From the NCBI GenBank assembly GCA_003104935.1, contig PQAE01000011.1, positions 1-46,407 on the forward strand: a stretch of DNA of 46,407 bases, given 5' to 3'. The notes under the pieces were generated by a model. That model saw only the letters and a program-made list of their open reading frames with translations. It was not told the origin of the DNA and searched no databases. Within the stretch, counting starts at the first letter, position 1, and each line of letters opens with the position of its first letter. Source of the stretch: Parcubacteria group bacterium. Its GTDB lineage: Bacteria > Patescibacteriota > Patescibacteriia > UBA1558 > GWA2-36-10. This document shows positions 35,110 to 44,803 of the stretch, piece after piece. The translations under genes were made by a program, and so were the position numbers.

Positions 35110-36711
35110 TCGTGTGAGAACGGAGGTTAAAACCTCTGTTTTTGCTTTGTTTAAAGGCGTTTTATGCGGTTCTAACCTTAGGTATTCCGCCTCTAAGGCA
35201 GGGTAACCATTTTTAATAGGCACGAGCCACTCATTGGGCTCAATAGTTAGCTTTCCGTCCCTGATTATAGGGCTTTTACCTAAGGCCAAGAGTATCTCTC
35301 GCTTTAGTTCTAACCCCTTGTCGCCTTTTGCCGTTAGAAACGCCTTACGGGCATAAGTGGCGAAAGTAAATGTTTTTTCAGTAAGCTCCAGCCATTTTTC
35401 CGCTCGGTTTTCAGTTTCCCTTAAACCACCTTTTAGTTTATCTATTTCCGCTTGAAGTTCTTGTTTCTCCTTGAGGAAAGCTTGGTCATCAATAAGTTGG
35501 CGGTATCTCATTTTAGTTAGTTCGTCCAATTCATTTTGAGTTTGCGTCAAAGTTTTGTGTTGCATTTCGTAGATTTTGGCTCGGTCTTCAATCTCGGTGT
35601 CGTTCTTTTTATTTAGTCCCTCTAAAGCCCACTCTAAAAATTCAGGTAGTATAGTATATTTATCTATTTCCTTTTCAATTAGGAGCTCCAAATCTTCCTC
35701 CCTTATGTTTTTCCTTTGGGAGCAGGGGACATCTTTTTTTCGGCGTGTGCAGTGATAGTAAGTAAAGGTTTTTAACTCCCCAGTTTTCTTTATAACTTTA
35801 GTATGACTTTCGGCTGTATGGAAGCATCCACACTCGCCGCATACTATAGCTCCCGTAAAAGCAAATTTATGCGTTTGCGGTCTTATTTTTCCCCTTCGGC
35901 CAAGAACAGATTGAACCCTATCATATTCTTCATTTGTAATCATTGGTTCGTGCTTGCCTTGATAGTGCAGGCCACTACTTCGGGTGATGATGCCCGTATA
36001 AAAACGATTAGTAAAAATTCTATAAATTCCACTTTGAGAAAGCTTATTGTCCGTGCTTTTTCTTATTTTTCTTGTTCTAAAGCCCCAGTCGTCAGTGGCC
36101 ATTTTTAGGATTTGGCGGGCGGTGTAATTTCCCGTGAGCATTGTGTCCCACATCCTACGGACAAGATTAAAACGCTCTGGGTCTTTGGTTATGGTGTGCT
36201 TTATCGTGTCGTTAAGATAACCTAAGGGAGCTATGTTTGGCATCCAACCCTTTTCCAATTTACTTTGCAGGCCTCTCTTAGTATTTTTGCTTAAATCTAT
36301 TATAAATTGGTTGGCCACGCCGCTCTCAACACTAAATAGCAGGACATTGTCTTCGGGGAGGTATTGGCGGTCAATAGTTTGGATAGATTTAAGTGTCCCT
36401 TGCTGTAATAGCCAGCTTAGTTTGCCACTATCAATCGGGTTGCGGGAGAGGCGGTTTATTTGCCAGCATAAAATACCATCGGCCTCGTTGTTTTCAATTC
36501 GCTGTATTATTTCCTCAAATATAGGACGATTATTTGGCTTCTTGGCTGACTTCGCCTCGGTATAAACTTTTTTTATAGTCAGACCAGAATCATTAGCGAA
36601 TTTTTTGAGGCGATTTATTTGGTCATCTATACTTTGAACTTGGCGGTCTTCTGATTCGGAGCTTTTTCGGGCGTAGAGAAAGTATTTAATTTTAGTGCTG
36701 TTTAGTGCCAT
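35047..36711 (-). CDS. large serine recombinase
   Basis: YARKSS catalytic Ser, RLSRN, recombinase domain (PLGY; GKHEPMI), Zn ribbon CGECG..YYHC, coiled coil; C-terminus runs antisense through tRNA-His. Confidence 0.95.
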   Translation of the reverse strand: MALNSTKIKYFLYARKSSESEDRQVQSIDDQINRLKKFANDSGLTIKKVYTEAKSAKKPNNRPIFEEIIQRIENNEADGILCWQINRLSRNPIDSGKLSWLLQQGTLKSIQTIDRQYLPEDNVLLFSVESGVANQFIIDLSKNTKRGLQSKLEKGWMPNIAPLGYLNDTIKHTITKDPERFNLVRRMWDTMLTGNYTARQILKMATDDWGFRTRKIRKSTDNKLSQSGIYRIFTNRFYTGIITRSSGLHYQGKHEPMITNEEYDRVQSVLGRRGKIRPQTHKFAFTGAIVCGECGCFHTAESHTKVIKKTGELKTFTYYHCTRRKKDVPCSQRKNIREEDLELLIEKEIDKYTILPEFLEWALEGLNKKNDTEIEDRAKIYEMQHKTLTQTQNELDELTKMRYRQLIDDQAFLKEKQELQAEIDKLKGGLRETENRAEKWLELTEKTFTFATYARKAFLTAKGDKGLELKREILLALGKSPIIRDGKLTIEPNEWLVPIKNGYPALEAEYLRLEPHKTPLNKAKTEVLTSVLTRWGGYWESNPGQRDHNPLFYR

Positions 36712-36727
36712 TTGGTGCTTTTTTAAC

Positions 36728-36845
36728 TTAAAGGGACGGTCTGGTTGACCCAGTCGCTATCCACGAGGATAAGTTTCTGGCAGACCGCCCCTTAAAGGGC
36801 AGAAGCTTATAAAAAATCTCGTGGATTATCTGCAATTGGGTCAAC
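36728..36845 (-). ncRNA. structured leader upstream of the recombinase
   Basis: Three-segment hairpin 36744-36845; loop 36781-36795 complementary to 36728-36743. Confidence 0.5.
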
Positions 36846-36949
36846 GTTATTATTATAACATTATTTTTCATTTTTGGCAAAGTGGTTAGATGGGGTAGGT
36901 GTTTATAAAATCCAATATTTTCTGATGTTTTTTACCAAACGAACCCATT

Positions 36950-37489
36950 TTAATCTTTGGAAATATTAACATCTATTGCAATGGGCGCAGGCGGCCTGCC
37001 TCCCGCACGGGCAGATTGTATTCGCTGTAATTCGTGCAGAGCTTTGTAAATACTTCGTTCAATGGCGGTTTCATACCGCAGTAAAGTTTCTGTATCGTTA
37101 TTAACAATCATATTACTTACTGCTCTTCGTTCTATTTGTTTTGGTGTGGTGTAGCAACTGGTAAGAGTATCAGAAAGGCAGTTTTCCTTTTGCCATTCCA
37201 TTGTTTCTCTTTCCACTTCCAGCAAGCGTCTTAGCCGCCAAACATTGGCAATAATTCTATCAACAAGCAACACCTCTACTTCTCCCGTGGGCATTAACTC
37301 GGCTCGCAGACGTTTTCCAAGCTCCTCAAGATTTTTTTCGTCCTCGTCCGAAAGCAAAACCTCTTTGCTCAATAGCCCGTGCTTTATGGCATTATACCTA
37401 CTCACCTCTTTGCCTTCTTCTGTTTTTACGCCGCCAAGCTTAGCATTTTCTCTATTGGCCTCTAATTGTTTTTGTGATACTTCGCCCAT
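36950..37489 (-). CDS. hypothetical island protein
   Basis: SQKQLEANRENAKLGGVKTEEGK..NAIKHGL; LLRYE..ALHEL. Confidence 0.8.
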   Translation of the reverse strand: MGEVSQKQLEANRENAKLGGVKTEEGKEVSRYNAIKHGLLSKEVLLSDEDEKNLEELGKRLRAELMPTGEVEVLLVDRIIANVWRLRRLLEVERETMEWQKENCLSDTLTSCYTTPKQIERRAVSNMIVNNDTETLLRYETAIERSIYKALHELQRIQSARAGGRPPAPIAIDVNISKD

Positions 37490-37621
37490 ATTTTATAGTA
37501 TTATTTACCTACCAGATATATAACCTTTATCTTATAGGAAAACTATTAAGTTACCTTATAGTTAAATATAGTTAAGTTAATTATATATTATTAACTATAT
37601 ATAATTGTAAGTTTAATATAG

Positions 37622-37933
37622 CTATTCCAAATCAAATCTTTTTTTGTGGTGTTCTTCGGATTGCAGTTTATACTCGTCCCAGATTTTCGCTTCCAGTTCT
37701 TTCCATAACTCTTTATTGGGCATAAAAAACATAGGATGATAACGGCCACCGCTATCTTTGTAAGAGGGGGGTGTTAGCCATAGTTTTTGACCCCTATCAT
37801 TTTCGTATTCGGACTCTGAAACCCTAAAACCTTTTATCACAAAATCACCAAAGTTTAGTCCGATAATGGCTTTTAATTTTTGGGATTCAATAAACTTGAT
37901 TTTGACCAGAATTTCGTCTTTGTTAATTGTCAT
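37622..37933 (-). CDS. SpoVG-like nucleic-acid-binding protein
   Basis: LKAIIGLNFGDFVIKGFRV..LWLTPPS..GRY pattern. Confidence 0.6.
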   Translation of the reverse strand: MTINKDEILVKIKFIESQKLKAIIGLNFGDFVIKGFRVSESEYENDRGQKLWLTPPSYKDSGGRYHPMFFMPNKELWKELEAKIWDEYKLQSEEHHKKRFDLE

Positions 37934-37985
37934 AGTAATTTATTAGCTGTTTGTAAAATAAAATTGAATTTGGGCTATTGTGGTT

Positions 37986-38213
37986 CTATTTTTGGTTGTC
38001 CTCAGGGGGTCTTGCGGGGGTATAGAGATGGGCTAAAATGCCTTTCTTGTCCTTTGGGGAAAAGCAACCTTTTTCCACCAGTTTATTAAACCAGCGAGCA
38101 ATGGCCTGTTTGCTAAAATTTTGCCCTTCTATCGCAGAGAAAAAACAGACATAGGAGCTCCAGTAGGGATTTCTGCCTCTAATTTTTGCAAATCTTCTCT
38201 CAATAGATTTCAT
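37986..38213 (-). CDS. hypothetical island protein
   Basis: ORF track; start reassigned to MKSIERRF. Confidence 0.65.
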   Translation of the reverse strand: MKSIERRFAKIRGRNPYWSSYVCFFSAIEGQNFSKQAIARWFNKLVEKGCFSPKDKKGILAHLYTPARPPEDNQK

Positions 38214-38244
38214 AATTGTAATGTTAATTTTTAGTATTTTCCTG

Positions 38245-38415
38245 CTACTTTTTTTGTAGCTGTTGATATTCAAGAGTCGTCATTGGTTTATAAATTAACT
38301 CAATGAGTCGAATGAGTTTTACACCTTGTTCAAACGCTTCCTCTCGGCTGATTTCTTTGCCAAAGCGGGTTTTATAAAGCGTTTGGTATTTTGTTATTTG
38401 CTCATCAGACAGCAT
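38245..38415 (-). CDS. small hypothetical island protein (56 aa)
   Basis: Manual translation MLSDEQITKYQTLYKTRFGKEISREEAFEQGVKLIRLIELIYKPMTTLEYQQLQKK*; tightly packed in the operon. Confidence 0.7.
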   Translation of the reverse strand: MLSDEQITKYQTLYKTRFGKEISREEAFEQGVKLIRLIELIYKPMTTLEYQQLQKK

Positions 38416-38419
38416 AGGT

Positions 38420-38686
38420 TTATTCCGAGTAAATGCGGTTTTTGAGCATTTTCACATTGTCAAAAAACGCTCTCGCCTTAATTTCCAAGCGGTCTGCCCA
38501 GTAATCATCCACGACCTTTTCAATGCCGATGGTTCGGCGAAAAATAAATTGAACCTTTTTGGGGTTGGTCTTGTCCAAAGAAACAAGCTCAAAACCAGCC
38601 GTTACTAACGAAGCGGCCGCTCCCAAGTCAAAGGTTTGTAGGTATTTGGTGAAGTCATCTATCGGGCCTTTTAATTTTCTGGTCAT
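38420..38686 (-). CDS. DUF5659-like small protein
   Basis: TFDLGAAASL..GFEL..KVQFIF pattern. Confidence 0.6.
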   Translation of the reverse strand: MTRKLKGPIDDFTKYLQTFDLGAAASLVTAGFELVSLDKTNPKKVQFIFRRTIGIEKVVDDYWADRLEIKARAFFDNVKMLKNRIYSE

Positions 38687-38817
38687 TTAATTTTGTAAGT
38701 TAATTGGTTAAATTATCCAGCTCCGTAGCACTGGCTGATAAAAAAAGCCAAAGCGTATTCTGCTTTGACTTTACTAAAACATTGGGTGAGTCAATTACGG
38801 CTCAATTGGTCTAAATA

Positions 38818-39735
38818 TCAATAATTTCGTTTGATAGTTTTTTCTTGCCAAGTAAATAGGTTGTCGTTGGTATTTATGATTTCTTTTATTCTTTTATTTA
38901 GGGCATCCATAGCATCATAAACTATGCGCCAATTTTCTCTGGTTGGTGATGGTTTGCCATAGTATGCCTCATAATATCCAGTCATTTTTTCATAGATTAT
39001 TGACCAATCAACAGGTTCATTTATTTTATATTCATACATTGCGCGACAAAGATAGTGCTCATTTTTGAATTGTGGCAATGGAACAGCGCGGTCTTCAACA
39101 AATATAGTTATTTTTTCATCATCAAAACTTATTTTTTTGTTAAATAAGTTAGTTTTTATGGGAGTTTCTGGTGAAGATTTAGCCGTATCGGGCACAATCT
39201 TTACATCACTATCTATGTGTCCCCCAACTATTTGAATAGGTATCGGTCTTTTAATCTGTTGTTGAATAGTGGCGGGCGAGAACATTTCAGAAACTAAATT
39301 TTGTAATTCTGCACCAACAGGCATATTTTCTCTCTCTTTCTCTCTCTTCTTTCGTCTATCCTCACTGGCCTCTATTAGTTCTTTTGTTGCCCCCACAATC
39401 TTACCATTGGATAGGCAGTAACCATCATATTGTAAATAATCGTTAAAATTATCTTGCATCTCAAGAGATTTTTCTTTATCTCCATTATGCATTAGGGGGT
39501 GGACAGCTTCCTCAATGATTTGAAATAGCGTTTTTGCATCTTCTATGTTTTGTGAGGAAGCGAATTTTGATAAGACGGCATAGACCATTTTCCATTTTGT
39601 ATTAGGATACTCAATAATTTCTCGCCCAACACCGCAGTTCACAAGAAACTCTACCAGACCCTCGCCACTGGACAGGTTGCTAATTTGTATCGCAATCAAT
39701 TCAAGAGATTTTGGTCTTATAATTTGTGGAGGCAT
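38818..39735 (-). CDS. hypothetical protein, possible C-terminal winged-helix regulator
   Basis: 305-aa ORF divergent from the HTH gene; C-terminus VDWSIIYE..VYDAMDALNKRI. Confidence 0.65.
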   Translation of the reverse strand: MPPQIIRPKSLELIAIQISNLSSGEGLVEFLVNCGVGREIIEYPNTKWKMVYAVLSKFASSQNIEDAKTLFQIIEEAVHPLMHNGDKEKSLEMQDNFNDYLQYDGYCLSNGKIVGATKELIEASEDRRKKREKERENMPVGAELQNLVSEMFSPATIQQQIKRPIPIQIVGGHIDSDVKIVPDTAKSSPETPIKTNLFNKKISFDDEKITIFVEDRAVPLPQFKNEHYLCRAMYEYKINEPVDWSIIYEKMTGYYEAYYGKPSPTRENWRIVYDAMDALNKRIKEIINTNDNLFTWQEKTIKRNY

Positions 39736-39820
39736 TAAATTTTAGATAATTGTCATATAATATTGCAAGTAAAATTAACTTGCTGTATAATAATGTTAGC
39801 AAATGTTAAGTAATAAATCA

Positions 39821-40024
39821 ATGGCAAAACAAGCTAAAAACGAACAAAAAATGCCAGAACTTCTATCGCTAAAAGAGGCGTCAGAAATTTTAAAATGCCA
39901 CCCAAACACTTTGCGGAAGTGGGATAAAAAAGGTATTTTAGTTGCCGTTCGTTTTGGAGAAAGAAAAGACAGGCGTTATAGAAAAGAAGATATTTTGAAG
40001 TTACTAAACCAAAAGAAAAGATGA
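39821..40024 (+). CDS. excisionase/MerR-like HTH protein
   Basis: LLSLKEASEILKCHPNTLRKWDKKG..RRY. Confidence 0.85.
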   Translation: MAKQAKNEQKMPELLSLKEASEILKCHPNTLRKWDKKGILVAVRFGERKDRRYRKEDILKLLNQKKR

Positions 40025-40087
40025 TATAAATAATTAACAATTTAATTGCCTAACCCTCGTAAAGTAAAATTCCGAGGTATGGCATAA

Positions 40088-40225
40088 AACTCCCAACCAC
40101 GATAGTAAGCTCCTCATTGAGCACTCGTGGTTGGGTCAGTGGCCGAAAGGTTATTGGGTGGCCCGAAAGGGTTGCCGCTCGTGGGGGGCTTTCTGTTTCC
40201 ACGAGCACTAAATCCCAACCACAAA
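40088..40225 (+). ncRNA. structured multi-hairpin leader upstream of mod
   Basis: Stems CCCAACCACGA/TCGTGGTTGGG, two GAAA-capped hairpins, GCTCGTGG/CCACGAGC; second CCCAACCAC just before the ATG. Confidence 0.6.
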
Positions 40226-41896
40226 ATGTCAAACAATCAACCAACACAAAATCTACTTAAGGAAGTTGAAAATCTTAAAGATGAAATAAAACAGCTCAAA
40301 TCACGAAAGCGATATGGGCTTGTTTGGGAAGAAAAGCCAGAACAGGTAGTTGAATTATGCAAAGAAAAGTTGCCTGTTTTAGCCGAGGACAGAGAAAGAG
40401 AAATCAAATCTGACGGCGACAAGCCAGTAAATATTCTTATTGAGGGAGATAATTACCACGCTCTCTCTGTTTTGAATTACACCCACGAAAAAAAGATTGA
40501 TGTAATTTATATTGACCCACCGTATAACACGGGTGCTAAGGATTGGAAATACAACAATAATTTTGTAGATATAAACGATTTATGGCGACACAGCAAATGG
40601 CTTTCAATGATGAAAAATCGCCTTGTATTAGCAAAGAAACTTCTTAAACAAGATGGAGTTCTTATCTGTTCTATTGATGAAAATGAACAGGCACATCTTG
40701 GCGTGCTTTTAGAAGAACTATTCCAAAACCACGAAATACATTGCATTACAATCGTGCATAACCCACGAGGAGTGCAGGGCAAAAACTTTTCATATTCTCA
40801 CGAGTATACCTTTTTTGTTTTTAGAAAAGGTGTGGAAGTTATTGGAAGTAAACAGCGTGAGGAGGTGTTAGAAGAAGAGTTGAGAGACCACGGCGGCGAG
40901 TCATTAAGAACTGACGCCAAAAATTGCTTCTATCCAATTTTGGTTAAAAACGATAGCATTGTTGGTTTCGGCGATGTCCCACTTAAAAATTTTCATCCAA
41001 ATGGTAAAAATGTTCAAAGAAAAGATAAAACGATTGAAGTTTGGCCTATTGATGTGAGGGGTGTTGAAAGGAAGTGGGTATTTGCACGCAATACGGTTGA
41101 AGAAATTAAAAACAAGTTATTTGTTGCTAAAAAGAAAAATGGCCAGATTGATATTTTCCGCCGAAAGGATACTCAAAAACCAAGAACTGTTTGGATAGGA
41201 AAAAAATATGATGCAAGCACTTTCGGTTCAAAGATAGTTAATGGCTTAACAGGAACTCTATTTCCATTCCCGAAATCCTTATACAACACAAAAGATTGTC
41301 TTGAGTGTGTTGTAAAACAGAGAAAAAAAGCTGTTGTTCTAGATTATTTTGCTGGTTCTGGCACAACTGGCCACGCAGTAGCTTTATTAAATAAAGAGGA
41401 TAACGGCAATCGTCAATTCATTCTTTGCACAAACAACGAAAACGGAATTGCTCAAGATATTTGTTATCCAAGAATTAAAGCGGTTATTAAAGGAAATAAA
41501 GAATATAAAGATATTACGGGCATAACAAGTAATCTAAAATACTTCAGAACGGATTTTGTTGATGGTGCAACAACCGATAAAAATAAGAAAAAGCTCGTTG
41601 ATAAGTCAACAGAAATGCTCTGTCTGAAAGAGGATTGTTTTGAGAAAGTGAAAACGGGCAGGCATTTTGATATGTTCAAAAATCCCAAAGGGAAATATCT
41701 GGGAATAATTTATGACGATAATGGAATTGAAAACTTCAAGAAAGAGGTAAAAAAGCTCAACAAGAATTTTGTTGTTTATGTTTTCTCGCTTGATGATAGT
41801 GCGAGAGAAGAAGAGTTTGAGGATATGAAAAACCTCGTTGAATTAAAGCCAATTCCTGCGGTCATATTAAATGTTTATAAACGTATATTCAAATGA
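40226..41896 (+). CDS. mod: Type III R-M adenine methyltransferase
   Basis: YGLVWE, IEGDN, IDPPYNTG, FPKS, DYFAGSGTTG; start set at MSNNQ. Confidence 0.92.
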   Translation: MSNNQPTQNLLKEVENLKDEIKQLKSRKRYGLVWEEKPEQVVELCKEKLPVLAEDREREIKSDGDKPVNILIEGDNYHALSVLNYTHEKKIDVIYIDPPYNTGAKDWKYNNNFVDINDLWRHSKWLSMMKNRLVLAKKLLKQDGVLICSIDENEQAHLGVLLEELFQNHEIHCITIVHNPRGVQGKNFSYSHEYTFFVFRKGVEVIGSKQREEVLEEELRDHGGESLRTDAKNCFYPILVKNDSIVGFGDVPLKNFHPNGKNVQRKDKTIEVWPIDVRGVERKWVFARNTVEEIKNKLFVAKKKNGQIDIFRRKDTQKPRTVWIGKKYDASTFGSKIVNGLTGTLFPFPKSLYNTKDCLECVVKQRKKAVVLDYFAGSGTTGHAVALLNKEDNGNRQFILCTNNENGIAQDICYPRIKAVIKGNKEYKDITGITSNLKYFRTDFVDGATTDKNKKKLVDKSTEMLCLKEDCFEKVKTGRHFDMFKNPKGKYLGIIYDDNGIENFKKEVKKLNKNFVVYVFSLDDSAREEEFEDMKNLVELKPIPAVILNVYKRIFK

Positions 41897-44079
41897 TTAA
41901 ACTAAAAGATTACCAACAACAGGCGGCGGAAAATTTGCACAGAAAAATTGAAAGCTCATTAAGGTCTTCCGAAAATGAGGTGGTCGTTTTTCAAGCTCCG
42001 ACGGGTTCTGGTAAAACCGTTATGGTTTCAGAGATGCTGAAAGAAATTACAAGAAACAGAAAGGACGATAAAAGGTTTTCTTTTGTCTGGATTTCGGTGA
42101 GAATGTTGCACGAGCAAAGCAAAGAAAAACTGGAAAAATACTACGAAGACGACAGAACCCTAAAGTGTTCGTATTTTGAAGATTTGGAAGACCGAAAAAT
42201 AGCCGAAAACGAAATTCTATTTATTAACTGGCACAGTATAAATAAAAAAGACATAAATATTTTCGTCCGAGAAAACGAGCAGGACAATAACCTAAATACC
42301 ATTATAAAAAGGACTAAAGATGACGAAAGGACAATCGTTTTAATCATTGACGAAAGCCATCACACGGCTGGCTCGGAGAAATCCAGAGAGCTTATTGAAG
42401 TCATCGGCCCGAAGGTAACTTTAGAGGTTTCTGCTACGCCGCACTTGGAAGAAAGTGCCGCAGAAAAAGAGAAAGTCCGCTTGTCGGATGTCAAGGCGGA
42501 AGAAATGATTAAATCCGAAATATCTGTAAACCCAGAATTTCTTGATATTAAAATTGGCATAAAAAGCTCGGATGAAGTTGTTATTGAGGAAGCCCTTAAA
42601 AAGCGAGAGGAGCTGGCCAAAATGTATAAAAAAGAGAAAGCAAAGATAAACCCACTAATGCTTATCCAACTTCCAGACAACAGAGCTGGTCTTGTAGGCA
42701 AAAAAGAAGAAGTCATTAAGATATTGGACAAAAAAGGCATAACAGAAAAAAACGGCAAGCTCGCCGTCTGGTTATCAGAGGACAAATCAGACACCCTACC
42801 AAACATTGAAAAGAACGATAATGAGGTTGAAGTTCTAATATTCAAGCAGGCAATCGCCTTAGGTTGGGATTGCCCCAGAGCTTCAATTCTGGTGATTTTT
42901 AGAGAGTCAAAGAGTTTTACGTTCACCATTCAAACAATCGGCAGGATAATGCGTATGCCTGAATTGAAGTATTACTCAAAAGAGTCAGAACTTAATAAAG
43001 GTTTTGTTTTTACGAATTTAGCAAATATAGAAATTACCGAGGATTATGCCAAAGATTATGTAACGGTTTTTGAAGCAAAAAGAGACAATAAACTTTATAA
43101 AAATATTGCTCTGCCGTCAATCTTCTTAAGGCGGCAGAGGGAGCGAACTCGTTTATCTGGAGAGTTCGGCAAGTTTTTTATGGCAATAGCAAAAAGCAAT
43201 GATTTGCGACAGAAAGTAAATCTCAGGCCGTCAAAAATCATCAGCCCCATAATAGCTGACGGGAGAATTGTCGATATTGATAAATCTGGCGAGATTGAAC
43301 GGAAGGGCACAATTAACATCGCCTTAAATGAGAAAGAACTGCAAGAAAGATTTGATAAGTTTATCGTTCAAAACTGCACTCCTTACGCTCCCGCCGACTC
43401 CAGCGACAGAATGAAAACGGCAATTTATCAATTTTTCAATCAGGAGTTTAAGTTTGCAAAATATGACCCCAAAGTGCAGACAATTGTTCTTGGTAAAGAA
43501 AATATCCAGTTGTTTATAGATATAATTAACTTGGCAAAAGAGAAGTATAGAAAAGAGATTGTTGAAAAACTTGCCGAGAAAAGAGAGCTAACCGAAACCC
43601 CAGAATGGGAAGTGCCGATTGTGATAACCTACAACAGCAGGTATCATCAAGAAGAACAGCCGCTCTCGGTTATGAGGCCGTTTTATACGGCAAAACAGAG
43701 TGAGCCAGAGAGGATGTTTATTGATTTTCTAAATAGCTCAAAAAAGGTTAAGTGGTGGTTTAAGAATGGCGAGGGAGAAATTAAGTATTTTGCAGTGTTG
43801 AGACCAGATGACCAAGCATTTTATCCCGATTTCATAATTCAGTTTAAGGACGGGAGCGTAGGCATATTTGACACAAAGTCAGGGCGAACAGCCGAGACGG
43901 GAGACGCCGCCCCCAGAGCCGAGGCACTACAGAAGTTCATTAAGAGGCAAATCAAGAGCGGTAGGAAGCTAGTAGGTGGCATTGCTATTTATGTTAATGG
44001 CACTTGGCGATACAACGACAATGTAAGATACGACTATAATCCGAAAGATTTATCAACGTGGAAGGTCTTGGATTTATAA
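41893..44079 (+). CDS. res: Type III R-M restriction subunit
   Basis: APTGSGKT, IIDESH, SAT, GWDCPR, QTIGRIMR, FYPDF..DTK nuclease motif; ATGA overlap with mod. Confidence 0.9.
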   Translation: MIKLKDYQQQAAENLHRKIESSLRSSENEVVVFQAPTGSGKTVMVSEMLKEITRNRKDDKRFSFVWISVRMLHEQSKEKLEKYYEDDRTLKCSYFEDLEDRKIAENEILFINWHSINKKDINIFVRENEQDNNLNTIIKRTKDDERTIVLIIDESHHTAGSEKSRELIEVIGPKVTLEVSATPHLEESAAEKEKVRLSDVKAEEMIKSEISVNPEFLDIKIGIKSSDEVVIEEALKKREELAKMYKKEKAKINPLMLIQLPDNRAGLVGKKEEVIKILDKKGITEKNGKLAVWLSEDKSDTLPNIEKNDNEVEVLIFKQAIALGWDCPRASILVIFRESKSFTFTIQTIGRIMRMPELKYYSKESELNKGFVFTNLANIEITEDYAKDYVTVFEAKRDNKLYKNIALPSIFLRRQRERTRLSGEFGKFFMAIAKSNDLRQKVNLRPSKIISPIIADGRIVDIDKSGEIERKGTINIALNEKELQERFDKFIVQNCTPYAPADSSDRMKTAIYQFFNQEFKFAKYDPKVQTIVLGKENIQLFIDIINLAKEKYRKEIVEKLAEKRELTETPEWEVPIVITYNSRYHQEEQPLSVMRPFYTAKQSEPERMFIDFLNSSKKVKWWFKNGEGEIKYFAVLRPDDQAFYPDFIIQFKDGSVGIFDTKSGRTAETGDAAPRAEALQKFIKRQIKSGRKLVGGIAIYVNGTWRYNDNVRYDYNPKDLSTWKVLDL

Positions 44080-44245
44080 TCACGCATCAGGGAAAAAAGC
44101 TGGATGGGTTGACATCTTGGTATTTATCAGTTAAACTACTGAGTCATTTAACTATCTGGTCTTTTATGATATAATTATAATATCAAGGAAAGCCCGTTTA
44201 TGAGGGTGACAAACCATCATAAATTTATAGTATTTAGCTATATTT

Positions 44246-44803
44246 ATGGGCAAGAACCAAAAAATAGAAAAATTGAACACAGAGGACTATATCCTTTATA
44301 TTCTTAATAGATTAGAACCTCAAAAAAGTGATAAGATTAGATTAAATAAAATCGCTTTCTTTGTTGAGTTTGCGTATATTTTTTATAATAATAAAGTTTT
44401 GTCAGAAGCAAATTACGCGGCCATTGATAAGGGCCCAGTGATTGATGGTTACGACACAATTTTGAAATCTATGGCCAACGAAGGCAAAATTAAAATAGAT
44501 GGTTATGTTTTGCGGCCACTTAAATCATCGGAAGTTAATTTAACGGAGAATGACGTAGTTTTTATAAACGGAATAATTGATAAGTATTCTGCCTTTAATA
44601 AAGACGAGCTTATTGCGTTGTCTCACGCCACTGATTCCTATAAAATTACCACCAACAATGAGAAAGATATGGGTGGCATCATAAACAAAAAGTTAGCTTT
44701 CCTTGAAACATTTTTTCAAGAATCAGAAGGAGAGGATGATGATAAGGATGAAGACACGCTCCCCGAGCTTGATAGGAAAAAATTAGTAGAATATGAATTT
44801 TAG
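44246..44803 (+). CDS. Panacea (DUF4065/SocA-like) antitoxin
   Basis: RLNKIAFF, GPV, LIALSH; acidic tail. Confidence 0.75.
   Translation: MGKNQKIEKLNTEDYILYILNRLEPQKSDKIRLNKIAFFVEFAYIFYNNKVLSEANYAAIDKGPVIDGYDTILKSMANEGKIKIDGYVLRPLKSSEVNLTENDVVFINGIIDKYSAFNKDELIALSHATDSYKITTNNEKDMGGIINKKLAFLETFFQESEGEDDDKDEDTLPELDRKKLVEYEF

Noticed and set aside
40127-40225. N-terminal extension of Mod from GTG 40127
   Set aside because: Sequence is a structured leader; protein-like sequence begins at ATG 40226.
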